The position numbers were made by a program, and so were the translations under genes. The notes beneath the pieces are model-generated. The model was not told the DNA's origin, did not search any database, and worked only from the letters and a program-made list of their open reading frames with translations. DNA of 64,000 nucleotides. It comes from a virus. Positions 37,724 through 47,721 of the stretch are shown in pieces (the first letter of the stretch is position 1; each line of letters opens with the position of its first letter). The stretch spans positions 11,547 through 75,546 of the IMG/VR virus record IMGVR_UViG_3300014720_000030; one strand, 5' to 3'.

Positions 37724-38374
37724 TTATATTGTTGCAGTAGTTGCTCGGTTAACAGTTAAATTAATAGTTACACTACCACCAGTTTCATTTGCAATCACTG
37801 TTATAGTTGCAGTTTTAGTTTCAATTAATTGTGTTTTAGCAACAACTCGGAATTCAAATCCTGCAACTGCAATGCTTTGTGCATCTTCATTATCTCCAAT
37901 AAAACGAGGAGTAGTTGGAAGTACTGAATTTTGCAATGCTCTAGTTACTTGAATATTAGCTACACTTGAATCTGATAAAATTGCCGTATAACCTAAAGTT
38001 GCATTGCCTCCTCTAAAGTTGCTTGTATTAGGAGCAATAATTGTAGAATCGCCTGGCGCTGCTAATGTAATTGCGGTATTTCCTACTGTAACAACTGGTA
38101 TATTAGTTGTTTGTTTTGGCAATGTAATTAGTTTGTATTTAAGCGCTTGAGTTTCGTCAGCAACTGCTTCTACGATTGGCATATTTTCAATAATAGTTCC
38201 GTAATAAGCAGTTCCAAGCGGATGATCTGGATTCCATAATGAATAATCAATTTCATCATCTCCTACTGCAAATTGTGTAATACTAAATGCATTACCACCT
38301 CGAGCTAAAAGTTCTCGGCCTTTCAACGTTAAAATTGCGTCGACCGTAACGCTTGAATTATCTAAATATCCCAT
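37724..38374 (-). CDS. Baseplate/tail-collar protein
   Basis: DAILTLKGRELLA, ITQFAVGDDEIDY; late promoter 38395-38402. Confidence 0.65.
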   Translation of the reverse strand: MGYLDNSSVTVDAILTLKGRELLARGGNAFSITQFAVGDDEIDYSLWNPDHPLGTAYYGTIIENMPIVEAVADETQALKYKLITLPKQTTNIPVVTVGNTAITLAAPGDSTIIAPNTSNFRGGNATLGYTAILSDSSVANIQVTRALQNSVLPTTPRFIGDNEDAQSIAVAGFEFRVVAKTQLIETKTATITVIANETGGSVTINLTVNRATTATI

Positions 38375-38417
38375 ATGTTTTTACCTTATTTAATATAAAT
38401 ATACAATCTATAAATTT

Positions 38418-41400
38418 CTATACTAAAACAAAACTACCTTGTTCACCATTGTTTTGATAAATTAATTGATTTGGATTTGCCGTTCTCCACTCTACAACAG
38501 GTCCGCCATCTACGGTTTGAGTTGAATTGATATTAAAATCAGGCGAAGTAAGTTTTGCACCAGCATACCGTTGATTTTCAATACCTTGTGGTAAATAATC
38601 TTGAAACTCGGCAAAACTTCCGGTAAACTTTTTACTTAATGTTAAAGCATATGAACTAGAGCCATATGTACCAGTACCGTAAAACCCAATTACGCCCGAA
38701 GATGTTATTGCAGTTGCATCAATCAATTTAAATTCTGAATATGTGCTTGTAATATAAATTGGAGCCGTTCCTTCGCTGAGCCAATATGGTGTTGATGCTG
38801 TAATATAAGTACTACCAGACCGTACTAAATATTGATGCGAATACGTAACACCATCATATTTATCAGCAGTTGATGCAGTCAAATATATTTGCCATTGATC
38901 ATCATCTTCGGCTGTAAGTGATAATATTGCTCCATCAATTGCACCTAAATATTGTAAATAATCTCCCGATGTTGTTGGCGCTGTGTCTACAATTGTAGTT
39001 GTAAATGAACTATCATATCGTTCTATTTTTGGAAGAATTGAATCTTTGCTACGTTCAAAAATGTTTGGCTGAATCATGATGCCTGTTAATTTATCAGTTC
39101 GCGCCGGTAACAATTGTTCTAATTGCCGGAAAAATGATAAATCAAACATTGTAAACATGGAAATATATGCATTGATATCATTTTTATTTTGATATTTTTT
39201 CCAATATGATTGTGCTGCTTGAATTAATTTAGGATATGATTTTGAATCAGTTTCGCCCGGATCACCAATGTATTGATCTAATTCTGCAAATCCTAGTTGT
39301 GCAATTATATCTTCATCAATCATGGTCTGCGGAGAAAAATAAACACCTAATTTTTTGCTATCTAACGGTGCAGTATCAAACTGACTACGTTCTGCTCTAG
39401 TTTTTATATCTAATGAGCCAACTAATCGATTTGATTCAATTCTAATTTTATTATCATCAAGTGTACCAACTCCTATCGATGGCGCATCATAATAATACGT
39501 TTCTTCATATGAATCATATGGGGTGTTTATAGACCAACCCGCAAATGATGCAGATATTGTAGATGACTTAGGTTGCACTCCAGTTAAGCTACCCGTTAAT
39601 GCATGATTGATTTTTTGTGTTAATGGCAATCTAAATACCAATTCATCATATGCATCTATATTTGCATTATATGCTCCCGGAGCTTTAACGTGATTATTAA
39701 ATGCATTATCATTTAATGATGATGACCAAAATCTTAATTCTTGTAATTGACCAACAAATCTACTAGCACCTGCAGAAGTTCCGCCTAATGTAAGTGTACT
39801 CGATCCAGCAAATGATGCAGTAGCTGAAGCTGATACTGCAGCTACAACTTTGCCATATTTAGATTTTTTTGTAATTAAATCTAAATTAGTACCATTTGTT
39901 CGCAATACGGTAGAAACCCATTCGTCATTGTATAATTCAATTAATCCCGAAGATGTGCCATTAATTTTCATGACACCCTTGTTACCACTATTAAACTCCA
40001 TTGTAACCGCATTAGCACCTATGTTAAACAGGTTCATAGTAGTTGGTATCAAAGGATTAGTTGCAATATTATCTGGTCTAAAACGAAGTTCAACCGCGTT
40101 AATTGACTGCGAATAATTTACAGTAACCGTTCCTGCTGCATTGCCACTTAAATCTAATGCATAATCAAAATTGTATTTTTCATATACAGGAGCTCGATCT
40201 AATCTTGGTCCACCATATTCGTTGATACTTATAAATGATTGTGGAATTCCGTAACATGCAAGTAGTGCTTGTACGCTGCGTTTAGTTCCTTTTGATTTTA
40301 ATAATAATGGCAAGTTATTAACAATCCTACGCCATATAGCATATGTTATATTTTGTCCAGAAACTGACGGATCTCCAACGGTATTTGATCCAGTTAACGG
40401 AACTCCAGCTTCTGATGTTCCCAGTACATACTGCCATAATTCTTGCGATTGATTTCCATTAGTTAAATTCCATCCGAATTGTTTTGCAACTGAATATAAT
40501 AATTCATTAGGCATACCCAATTTAGGATTCTCTTCTCGTTTATTAACTAATGATATATTACGGATATATGTATGCAATATATCAAAATGTTGACCTAACA
40601 TATGAGTAAATGTAATCAAATCAACATTTGCCGAATCATTTCGTATAAATTCTGGTATAACATAGTATAAAGAATTTATATTTTCAACATCATAAAATGA
40701 AGCTGAATCGTATAGTCCGTTATACCAATTATTGAATATACTACTAGTAGTTGAAACTAATGCGTATGGTTTTGTTGCATTTAATTTTGGTACTGGACTA
40801 ACATAGCTACCAGTTAATCTACTAACATTAGCTAATTCTAATGGCAATGTATACGTAGTTAATTTTGATGATGATTCATAGTATAGAAATTTTTCAAAAT
40901 CATCAAATCCACTAATTAATGAAGTTTTTAAATTAAAAAAGTCTTGTGAATTAGTAGTAGCAACACTGCCAGATAATGATGCTACTGCTGAACTTTGACT
41001 AGTATATTGTTCTAATAGTTGTAATTTATATTTAAAGTTTTCTAAACGTTCTGTTGCAGAACTATAAAAAACAAAGTTATTGAAGTCCGAATAATCAATA
41101 TTTAATTTAACTCCAGATAAACTTCCTGAAAAATATGCATCTACAATTTGTTGCGATGTTTGAACCGATGAACCTAATATATCTGTCCAAGTTCTATAAT
41201 CAGTTCCTGCTGAAGTTTGTTGTGGAGAAAATGCTTGCCAATTTGGTCCAGCTAAAGAATTAAATTGTTTTTTATTAACCTTAGGTTGAATTGCAACTCG
41301 GTCAATATATGTAGGTTTTTGTTCTTCTACAACCCAACACTTAAAATCTACTGCAATATCTTGCGATAATGGGTCATGAAGTTTAACGTATAGATATTCC

Positions 41401-41990
41401 CCAATTACTACACTATTAACAAATAATGCGCAGTTATTTCTACTAAAATTTAATAGATATGGTTTATAATACTGTTGTGTTGTTTGATTTACAGTTTGAA
41501 TATAATTGGTAATCTGCTGTAAAAATTCTAGGTCGGTATCATCAATTGCACGAAGCCGTATCTCGGTACGATCTGGAGATATTTCATCTATTCGTAGATG
41601 CTGTCGCTCATAACTACCAATTAAATTTTTAAAGAAATTAAATGCAATACGGAAATTGCCTGCCGTTAATTTTAATTTTTCAAACTCAGAATATAAATCA
41701 ATACCAATTGCAGTATTAATTGGTATTATTGCATTAGTAGCTTTGTCTTTAAATTCAGGTATTTTTGTTTGAAATTGAATTTTATGATTTCCTGTTAACC
41801 AAGTATCATTAGAATATACATGAAATTCAATTCGATTATCATCGGACACATTAATAATATCCGTATTTAGATATACTGGCTCTACAAGATCATATGCTGC
41901 AAATTCAGATTTAGTTCGAACAATACGTTCACCAGAAACGGATTGTATTGCCGATTTAATTTGTTCTATATTTTTATACTGGGTTAACAT
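38418..41990 (-). CDS. Large baseplate wedge-like protein with LamG-like domain
   Basis: LLKSKGTKRSV (gp7/P2 gpI-like motif), FVGQLQELRFW; in baseplate cluster. Confidence 0.65.
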   Translation of the reverse strand: MLTQYKNIEQIKSAIQSVSGERIVRTKSEFAAYDLVEPVYLNTDIINVSDDNRIEFHVYSNDTWLTGNHKIQFQTKIPEFKDKATNAIIPINTAIGIDLYSEFEKLKLTAGNFRIAFNFFKNLIGSYERQHLRIDEISPDRTEIRLRAIDDTDLEFLQQITNYIQTVNQTTQQYYKPYLLNFSRNNCALFVNSVVIGEYLYVKLHDPLSQDIAVDFKCWVVEEQKPTYIDRVAIQPKVNKKQFNSLAGPNWQAFSPQQTSAGTDYRTWTDILGSSVQTSQQIVDAYFSGSLSGVKLNIDYSDFNNFVFYSSATERLENFKYKLQLLEQYTSQSSAVASLSGSVATTNSQDFFNLKTSLISGFDDFEKFLYYESSSKLTTYTLPLELANVSRLTGSYVSPVPKLNATKPYALVSTTSSIFNNWYNGLYDSASFYDVENINSLYYVIPEFIRNDSANVDLITFTHMLGQHFDILHTYIRNISLVNKREENPKLGMPNELLYSVAKQFGWNLTNGNQSQELWQYVLGTSEAGVPLTGSNTVGDPSVSGQNITYAIWRRIVNNLPLLLKSKGTKRSVQALLACYGIPQSFISINEYGGPRLDRAPVYEKYNFDYALDLSGNAAGTVTVNYSQSINAVELRFRPDNIATNPLIPTTMNLFNIGANAVTMEFNSGNKGVMKINGTSSGLIELYNDEWVSTVLRTNGTNLDLITKKSKYGKVVAAVSASATASFAGSSTLTLGGTSAGASRFVGQLQELRFWSSSLNDNAFNNHVKAPGAYNANIDAYDELVFRLPLTQKINHALTGSLTGVQPKSSTISASFAGWSINTPYDSYEETYYYDAPSIGVGTLDDNKIRIESNRLVGSLDIKTRAERSQFDTAPLDSKKLGVYFSPQTMIDEDIIAQLGFAELDQYIGDPGETDSKSYPKLIQAAQSYWKKYQNKNDINAYISMFTMFDLSFFRQLEQLLPARTDKLTGIMIQPNIFERSKDSILPKIERYDSSFTTTIVDTAPTTSGDYLQYLGAIDGAILSLTAEDDDQWQIYLTASTADKYDGVTYSHQYLVRSGSTYITASTPYWLSEGTAPIYITSTYSEFKLIDATAITSSGVIGFYGTGTYGSSSYALTLSKKFTGSFAEFQDYLPQGIENQRYAGAKLTSPDFNINSTQTVDGGPVVEWRTANPNQLIYQNNGEQGSFVLV

Positions 41991-42828
41991 TTAACTCCTG
42001 ATTCCAAAGATCTACATTTTTATTTGCATCTGTAATAACCCAATATGACTGTAATGCATTTATTGTGTGAAATTGCGTATCATTATTTTGTCCGGCTTTC
42101 GCTCCGATGCTAAAGCTATCTCCAATTTCAAATTCTGAATTAGGAATAACGATGTCAACTTCTAAATCTTGAACTTCATATTGATTTATAGATCCTGGCG
42201 TATTAGGTACAAATGTTGAAGTATTTTCAAATGTACGATATTCCCTATCTAAGCCTTGTTCGCTTGCTTTAATTATAGAAAAATACGCAGTACCATGGCC
42301 AGACGGTGCATCATATCGATGTTGCAATTTGATTCTAAATCGAAGATCGACGTCTAAATTTTTAATTTCTTTTGAAATTGTATATCTGTTTGTATATTGT
42401 TGCGATAATCCATCTTGTACATCATCCATTAAAATACCAGAATAATCTGTACCTTCTAAAATTAGTCTGTTTTCACTTGGACGATATCTTGCAAACACCG
42501 GATCTGGTAATGCTAGATCTACATTTAAATCTAAATCAAGTGACGCATTATCAAATTTAATACTAACAGGGAAACTATAGTAAGTAAACTGAGTATCTAT
42601 TACTTTAAGTATAGATGCATTAGTAATTCTTTGTGTAGTTGGTTCTATAATCAATAATTGGTTTTTTTCTATACCCTCCTGTAAATTTATATTACCATTT
42701 TCATCTCGAATTACAACAGAATTATTATTAGAAAGTTTAGTTAAACCATCACGTTGATATTCCGTTTGACGTTTAGCCGCAAAATCGTCTAATTTTGATA
42801 ACGCAGATGTATTTAATTGTATATTCAT
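41974..42828 (-). CDS. Hypothetical baseplate-region protein
   Basis: ORF track, overlapping operon context. Confidence 0.65.
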   Translation of the reverse strand: MNIQLNTSALSKLDDFAAKRQTEYQRDGLTKLSNNNSVVIRDENGNINLQEGIEKNQLLIIEPTTQRITNASILKVIDTQFTYYSFPVSIKFDNASLDLDLNVDLALPDPVFARYRPSENRLILEGTDYSGILMDDVQDGLSQQYTNRYTISKEIKNLDVDLRFRIKLQHRYDAPSGHGTAYFSIIKASEQGLDREYRTFENTSTFVPNTPGSINQYEVQDLEVDIVIPNSEFEIGDSFSIGAKAGQNNDTQFHTINALQSYWVITDANKNVDLWNQELNVNPV

Positions 42829-43943
42829 TATCTAGTTACTTTGAAATATATTTGATCATCTATATATTGTTCTGTAAATCCATCTACTAATTTTAAATTT
42901 ATTCGATAATAACGCTCTGGCATTAAACCGTTCATATCCATGTAAATAAAATTACTAGTACTATCACAACTTACTTTAGTATAAATATTATCGTAAGGAA
43001 TTATGACTTCATCTGTAGCTGCATCAGAAACTGAATAATATGATGATGTTGGCAGAAATTTTACGGTTTGAATTGGAAATAAATTTGTTGCAGATTTTTG
43101 CGGATATTTATCTCGTGCGTAAATTCGTATTTTTGAAATTTCTGTGTCTTTATAAGTTGGTTTAATCTTTGTATATACCTCATACGAATCTAAATTAACG
43201 GATGTTAATGATCCGGTTGTAAACGTAGTATTATTAAAATACATTGTTAGTTTAGGCACATAAATTGTATGAGTTTCTCTACTAAAAAATCTTACATAGC
43301 CAGCAACATTATTATTTGTTTCATCTGCATCCGAAAATTGAAGCAAAAATCCGTAATTCGGAATTGATATTCCGTTGCTGCCACTTAACCAAATTTTAAC
43401 TGCATCAGTTACATCGAGATTTAAATCACTTGTACGATAAGAAAATGATTCAGATGCAATTAATGATAATGTATTTCCTGAACCAGAATAATACAAATAA
43501 TTTCCTCCTGCCCCTGACCCAGAAATATACAAACTACTAGAATTAATATTGACGTATTGACTACCCGATATCCATGTAGATCCAGATGCCGATCCAGACC
43601 ACGTTGCACCATCAATATTTAATGCAGCTAAATATCCTGTACCATTAACCCAATCTTGACCCAACATCTTTGCGTTAATGATATAATCAGACGGCAAATT
43701 TTTTGCATGAGATGTATATAAATTTAATATGAATTTACAATCATTAACCGTTTTAGAATATTTTGATAATGATGCTGAAATTTCAGTCATATCAAATTTG
43801 ACAATACTTCTAGATTTTAATAACGTATCACCTTGTGCATCTAAACGTTTTCCTACTTCTAGTATTTCATCTAGTCCTGTATTATAATCAGGGTACCGTT
43901 CATACAACGTTGTGTCTTTTGATGCATAAAATATTCTAAACAT
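42828..43943 (-). CDS. Baseplate-region beta-sandwich protein (DNRLRE-like)
   Basis: KDTTLY, SRSIVKFD, NYGFLL, FFSRET, PKL motifs. Confidence 0.55.
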   Translation of the reverse strand: MFRIFYASKDTTLYERYPDYNTGLDEILEVGKRLDAQGDTLLKSRSIVKFDMTEISASLSKYSKTVNDCKFILNLYTSHAKNLPSDYIINAKMLGQDWVNGTGYLAALNIDGATWSGSASGSTWISGSQYVNINSSSLYISGSGAGGNYLYYSGSGNTLSLIASESFSYRTSDLNLDVTDAVKIWLSGSNGISIPNYGFLLQFSDADETNNNVAGYVRFFSRETHTIYVPKLTMYFNNTTFTTGSLTSVNLDSYEVYTKIKPTYKDTEISKIRIYARDKYPQKSATNLFPIQTVKFLPTSSYYSVSDAATDEVIIPYDNIYTKVSCDSTSNFIYMDMNGLMPERYYRINLKLVDGFTEQYIDDQIYFKVTR

Positions 43944-43951
43944 TTTAATCC

Positions 43952-45832
43952 TTAATAATTAACTACTCGGCCACGTATATCTTGATTAGGAAACTTAACT
44001 TCAAACATACTAGGATCCAATGACGGATAAATTATTCCATTTTTTGTAGCCGATGCTAAATCATATGCATTGCCAGAATAATTTAAATCAGAATCATATA
44101 AATTTTTAAATGAAACATTAACTACTGACTGAACTCCTTTTACGTTTGCTATTAAATTTGCAACATCTGATTTTATAATAGGTTGATTTATTTGCCAACG
44201 ATCAACGTTAAAATACGCTCTAAGATCACTAATACATTTCAACAATACTTCATTGCTATTATAATTTGTTAATACTGATATTTCAAAATCAATACCAACG
44301 TTAATAATAAATGCATCTTTAATATTTACCGCATCTGTTAAAATTCGATAATAATTTAAATATGTTTTTAAATTTTGCTTGATTGCATCATTAACTGCAG
44401 TAAGTTGTTTATTTTTATTATAGCCCAAAATATACATATTCATTGCATACGGATTTAAAATTCTGTTTTTTTCTAAATCCTGTTGAGAAATTTGATCATC
44501 GGGAACTATATATGCCTTAGCAACGCTTCCAAACTTTGCCGGCATTGAATATGTTCGAATTATATAATCGTCTCGGGTTACTAAACGATTTTGTGTAGCA
44601 AAATTAGCCAATGCGTTATTCTTAATATCATCTAACGTGTCTGCCGTTTTTGCACCAACAGCTGGATTCACGTTTGTTACAGCTAATGATGATTTTATAA
44701 GATTTACAATGTTTATGTTGTTTGTAGAATTAATATCCTCAACATACTCTATTCCGATAATATTAGTCAATGTATTTGCATCTACATTATCTTCAATTCC
44801 ATTACCAACTGTATATGTAATTGTTAGCGTTGTGTTAGATGGCGCTTGTCCGTATGTTCGAGTATATAAAAAATTAGATGGATCAATATCTATATTAACA
44901 TTTCTTCGAAGCGTAGATAATCCATTTCCTACGTTAGACGGATTTGGAACAATTTCTTCATCGTTATTATCAGAAACACCTGCACCAAATTGAATTTCTA
45001 ATTTATTATCTGCACGTAATCTACTAACAAATCGTTTTGCAGTTTTACGTAATTTTAATAAACTAGGAGCAGATGAACGATATGATGCAAAGTCTGGATC
45101 ATTTTCTAGTAAATTTGGTACTTCTTCAAATATCGTATCTTGTGCTAAATATGAAACTTCATACCAATTATCTCCGTCTGATTCAGTAACCGAAACTATT
45201 TCAATAACATTTAAATCTGACAATACTACCTTGTCATAAGGTATAGGAGCGCCAAATGTAAAAGTAGCTGTTTTAATTTCACCCGAAACAGCAGGTACTT
45301 GTTTTTTTAACAAATAATACGTTGGTAATTTTGTAGCATTATTACTTTCATATATGGTTATTTCAGTTGGATCATATGATGATGAAAATCCAAATTCTAC
45401 TGATTCTAAGGTTCTAAATACTGAATTTGATGTTGTATGTTTAACTCGCATTCCTGGTTTAATTGATAATGCATAATTAAAATCGGGTCGTACGGAAGTA
45501 CCTGTTCCTATTGCAGGAACCAATTGATATACATCTAATACTACATGTGCAGGAATTGAATTTTTTGGTTGATACCCCAATGTTTTTGCAATATCATATA
45601 TATTACCTCGTTCTGTCGCATATTGCAACATCGATTCTTTTAAATTGTTATCAGTATAATATGAAAGAACATCGCCTACATATGATGCCATATTAATAAA
45701 CAATGTTCCTGGCGACGATTCATTGAAGTTAGTATATGTAGTAGGAAAGTATTGTTTAGCAAAATCAATTAAATTTTGCCGAAATTGTCCAAAATCTTTT
45801 CCTAAATATGAAACATCTTTATTATTTTCCAT
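43952..45832 (-). CDS. Baseplate wedge subunit (T4 gp6-like)
   Basis: KDFGQFRQNL, NFNESSPG, SYVGDVLSYY, LGYQP, QNRLVTRDDY. Confidence 0.88.
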   Translation of the reverse strand: MENNKDVSYLGKDFGQFRQNLIDFAKQYFPTTYTNFNESSPGTLFINMASYVGDVLSYYTDNNLKESMLQYATERGNIYDIAKTLGYQPKNSIPAHVVLDVYQLVPAIGTGTSVRPDFNYALSIKPGMRVKHTTSNSVFRTLESVEFGFSSSYDPTEITIYESNNATKLPTYYLLKKQVPAVSGEIKTATFTFGAPIPYDKVVLSDLNVIEIVSVTESDGDNWYEVSYLAQDTIFEEVPNLLENDPDFASYRSSAPSLLKLRKTAKRFVSRLRADNKLEIQFGAGVSDNNDEEIVPNPSNVGNGLSTLRRNVNIDIDPSNFLYTRTYGQAPSNTTLTITYTVGNGIEDNVDANTLTNIIGIEYVEDINSTNNINIVNLIKSSLAVTNVNPAVGAKTADTLDDIKNNALANFATQNRLVTRDDYIIRTYSMPAKFGSVAKAYIVPDDQISQQDLEKNRILNPYAMNMYILGYNKNKQLTAVNDAIKQNLKTYLNYYRILTDAVNIKDAFIINVGIDFEISVLTNYNSNEVLLKCISDLRAYFNVDRWQINQPIIKSDVANLIANVKGVQSVVNVSFKNLYDSDLNYSGNAYDLASATKNGIIYPSLDPSMFEVKFPNQDIRGRVVNY

Positions 45833-45854
45833 TTATTGTCCTACTTAATATACG

Positions 45855-46316
45855 TTAGTTGCCACCAACTATTTGATTATTTTGAATAATTACAGTACCA
45901 GTATTAGTTGCTGATATAACTAGTTCTGCAGCAACTTCTACAACATTAACATTGAATTGAATTTTTACTACAACATCATATGTTAATTGCGGATTATCTT
46001 CAGGTGTAGTGACATCAATTGATGTAATTTCTATTAATCCAACTACAAAATACGTACTTACTGCACTACGTATTTCTTCATCAATATCTTGTTTAATGAA
46101 CGAATTATTTGGTTCAAACAATATACGTAACAAATTGGTACCGAAACTAGGATTACCAACAATTTCACCCGGCATTGTTAACAATAAAAATTTTAAATCG
46201 TTGATTGTTTGATCTAAAGTTTTATTTGTAGAAGTAAATATATTTTGTGTAGAAATGCCTAAACCATACGGTGTATTTTTAGTAATAGTTGCAGGATTAA
46301 CTACTAAATATGGCAC
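45855..46316 (-). CDS. Baseplate protein (gp25/GPW-like)
   Basis: LLLTMPGE..GNPSFGTNL..LFEP. Confidence 0.85.
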   Translation of the reverse strand: MPYLVVNPATITKNTPYGLGISTQNIFTSTNKTLDQTINDLKFLLLTMPGEIVGNPSFGTNLLRILFEPNNSFIKQDIDEEIRSAVSTYFVVGLIEITSIDVTTPEDNPQLTYDVVVKIQFNVNVVEVAAELVISATNTGTVIIQNNQIVGGN

Positions 46317-46317
46317 G

Positions 46318-46821
46318 TTATTTTCCTTTTTTATTGTTAATGGCTTTCATTAAAGCCGAATAATCTCGAGTCATTGCTTGTTGAACTTCTTGCGGTACTT
46401 CAAATACCTTACCCGTTTCAGGATCTTCCATTACTTTAGGTGCAGCAGGGGCAACACCTATTGCCTCTTTCATGTTTTGTCGCATTGCACCAAAATTAAC
46501 TGCATCGCGTGATGTCATTCGAATTTCTTCCATTCCTTCATTCATTATATCTCGAAAACTATTTAATGCTAATGGTTGATCTTCCGTTAATGCATCAGTT
46601 TCATTAAGTACGTTAGCCCATTTATTATCATTAAACTGAACTGTTTTACGTTTCGGCGATGGTGGTAGATTTTTATGACTAGGCATATTAGTTGTTTTTG
46701 CTGGTTGTTTCATCTCCGTAATTGTAGATTGTAAACCCTCACGAAGAATTTCAGTTAATTCTTCTTTTATAACTTCTCGTACGGCAGTTTTAAGTGCTTT
46801 TACTAATGTTTTTGAATCCAT
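46318..46821 (-). CDS. Hypothetical late protein
   Basis: AVREVIKEELTEILRE leader; late promoter 46836-46843. Confidence 0.7.
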   Translation of the reverse strand: MDSKTLVKALKTAVREVIKEELTEILREGLQSTITEMKQPAKTTNMPSHKNLPPSPKRKTVQFNDNKWANVLNETDALTEDQPLALNSFRDIMNEGMEEIRMTSRDAVNFGAMRQNMKEAIGVAPAAPKVMEDPETGKVFEVPQEVQQAMTRDYSALMKAINNKKGK

Positions 46822-46848
46822 ATGACTTCTTTTATATAAATATTAGGT

Positions 46849-47694
46849 TTAGTAATTTATGCCTAACGGCCATTCTGTATCAGATAATTTCGGTCCGTAA
46901 AATATTAAATTTTCTGTATCAATATAATAATCACCCAATTTACCAATATCTGCTGTTGGTCTTCCGGTTTGTTGAAATACTGTACTCGGAGCTTCTTGTA
47001 AATTACTTAATACATTTAATTGTCTAGTAATTAAAGTTTGAATTGTATTAGCTCTATCAAGTAAATCTTGTTCCGACACATTAATGTCTCGATAAAAATC
47101 TGATGGAAATAAATCGTTGTATGTATTTATGTCGACTGGGGCTGAGGTATCAATTGTAGGCATTGTAATATCAGGTACATCCCCATTACATGCACTGCTT
47201 AATTTTTTCAATGCTTCTTGAATTGGCGGCATTACTACCGGCGGCAATTTATTAATTAATGTTGGAGGATATTCTGCTAATTGATTAATACATGTTAATG
47301 CATTCGAAATAGTTGCATTTTGAATTTCTTGTAATTGTTGTGCAATAAACAATGGAGCCGTAACTGGATTTGACAATTGTGCAGCTGTAATTGCAGTCTT
47401 TATACCTTGCGCAACGTTAACCACAGTTTTTACCGTATTAACTACTTGTTGAACTTTAGGTATAGTTTGCTGTACTTGTTGAATTTGTTGTTGAATTGCT
47501 TCTAAATCTCGTTTAAGTTTTTTGATTTTAGGATCATCACACTTACATTTTATTGGGATCTGAATCGAATCTTGTACTACTTTTAAGGATTGATCAATCA
47601 ACTTATCCGCCTCCTTTAAACCTAATTCAACTAGTTGATTAGTTAATTTACCAGCTAATTTAGGTATTTCATCTAATGGTGGTACTATTGCCAT
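46849..47694 (-). CDS. Hypothetical baseplate-region protein
   Basis: Coiled coil plus C-terminal GxPxxxxGxxGDYYIDT..YGPK..W module. Confidence 0.6.
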   Translation of the reverse strand: MAIVPPLDEIPKLAGKLTNQLVELGLKEADKLIDQSLKVVQDSIQIPIKCKCDDPKIKKLKRDLEAIQQQIQQVQQTIPKVQQVVNTVKTVVNVAQGIKTAITAAQLSNPVTAPLFIAQQLQEIQNATISNALTCINQLAEYPPTLINKLPPVVMPPIQEALKKLSSACNGDVPDITMPTIDTSAPVDINTYNDLFPSDFYRDINVSEQDLLDRANTIQTLITRQLNVLSNLQEAPSTVFQQTGRPTADIGKLGDYYIDTENLIFYGPKLSDTEWPLGINY

Positions 47695-47721
47695 ATTTTA
47701 CTTTTATTTTCTAGGATTAAA

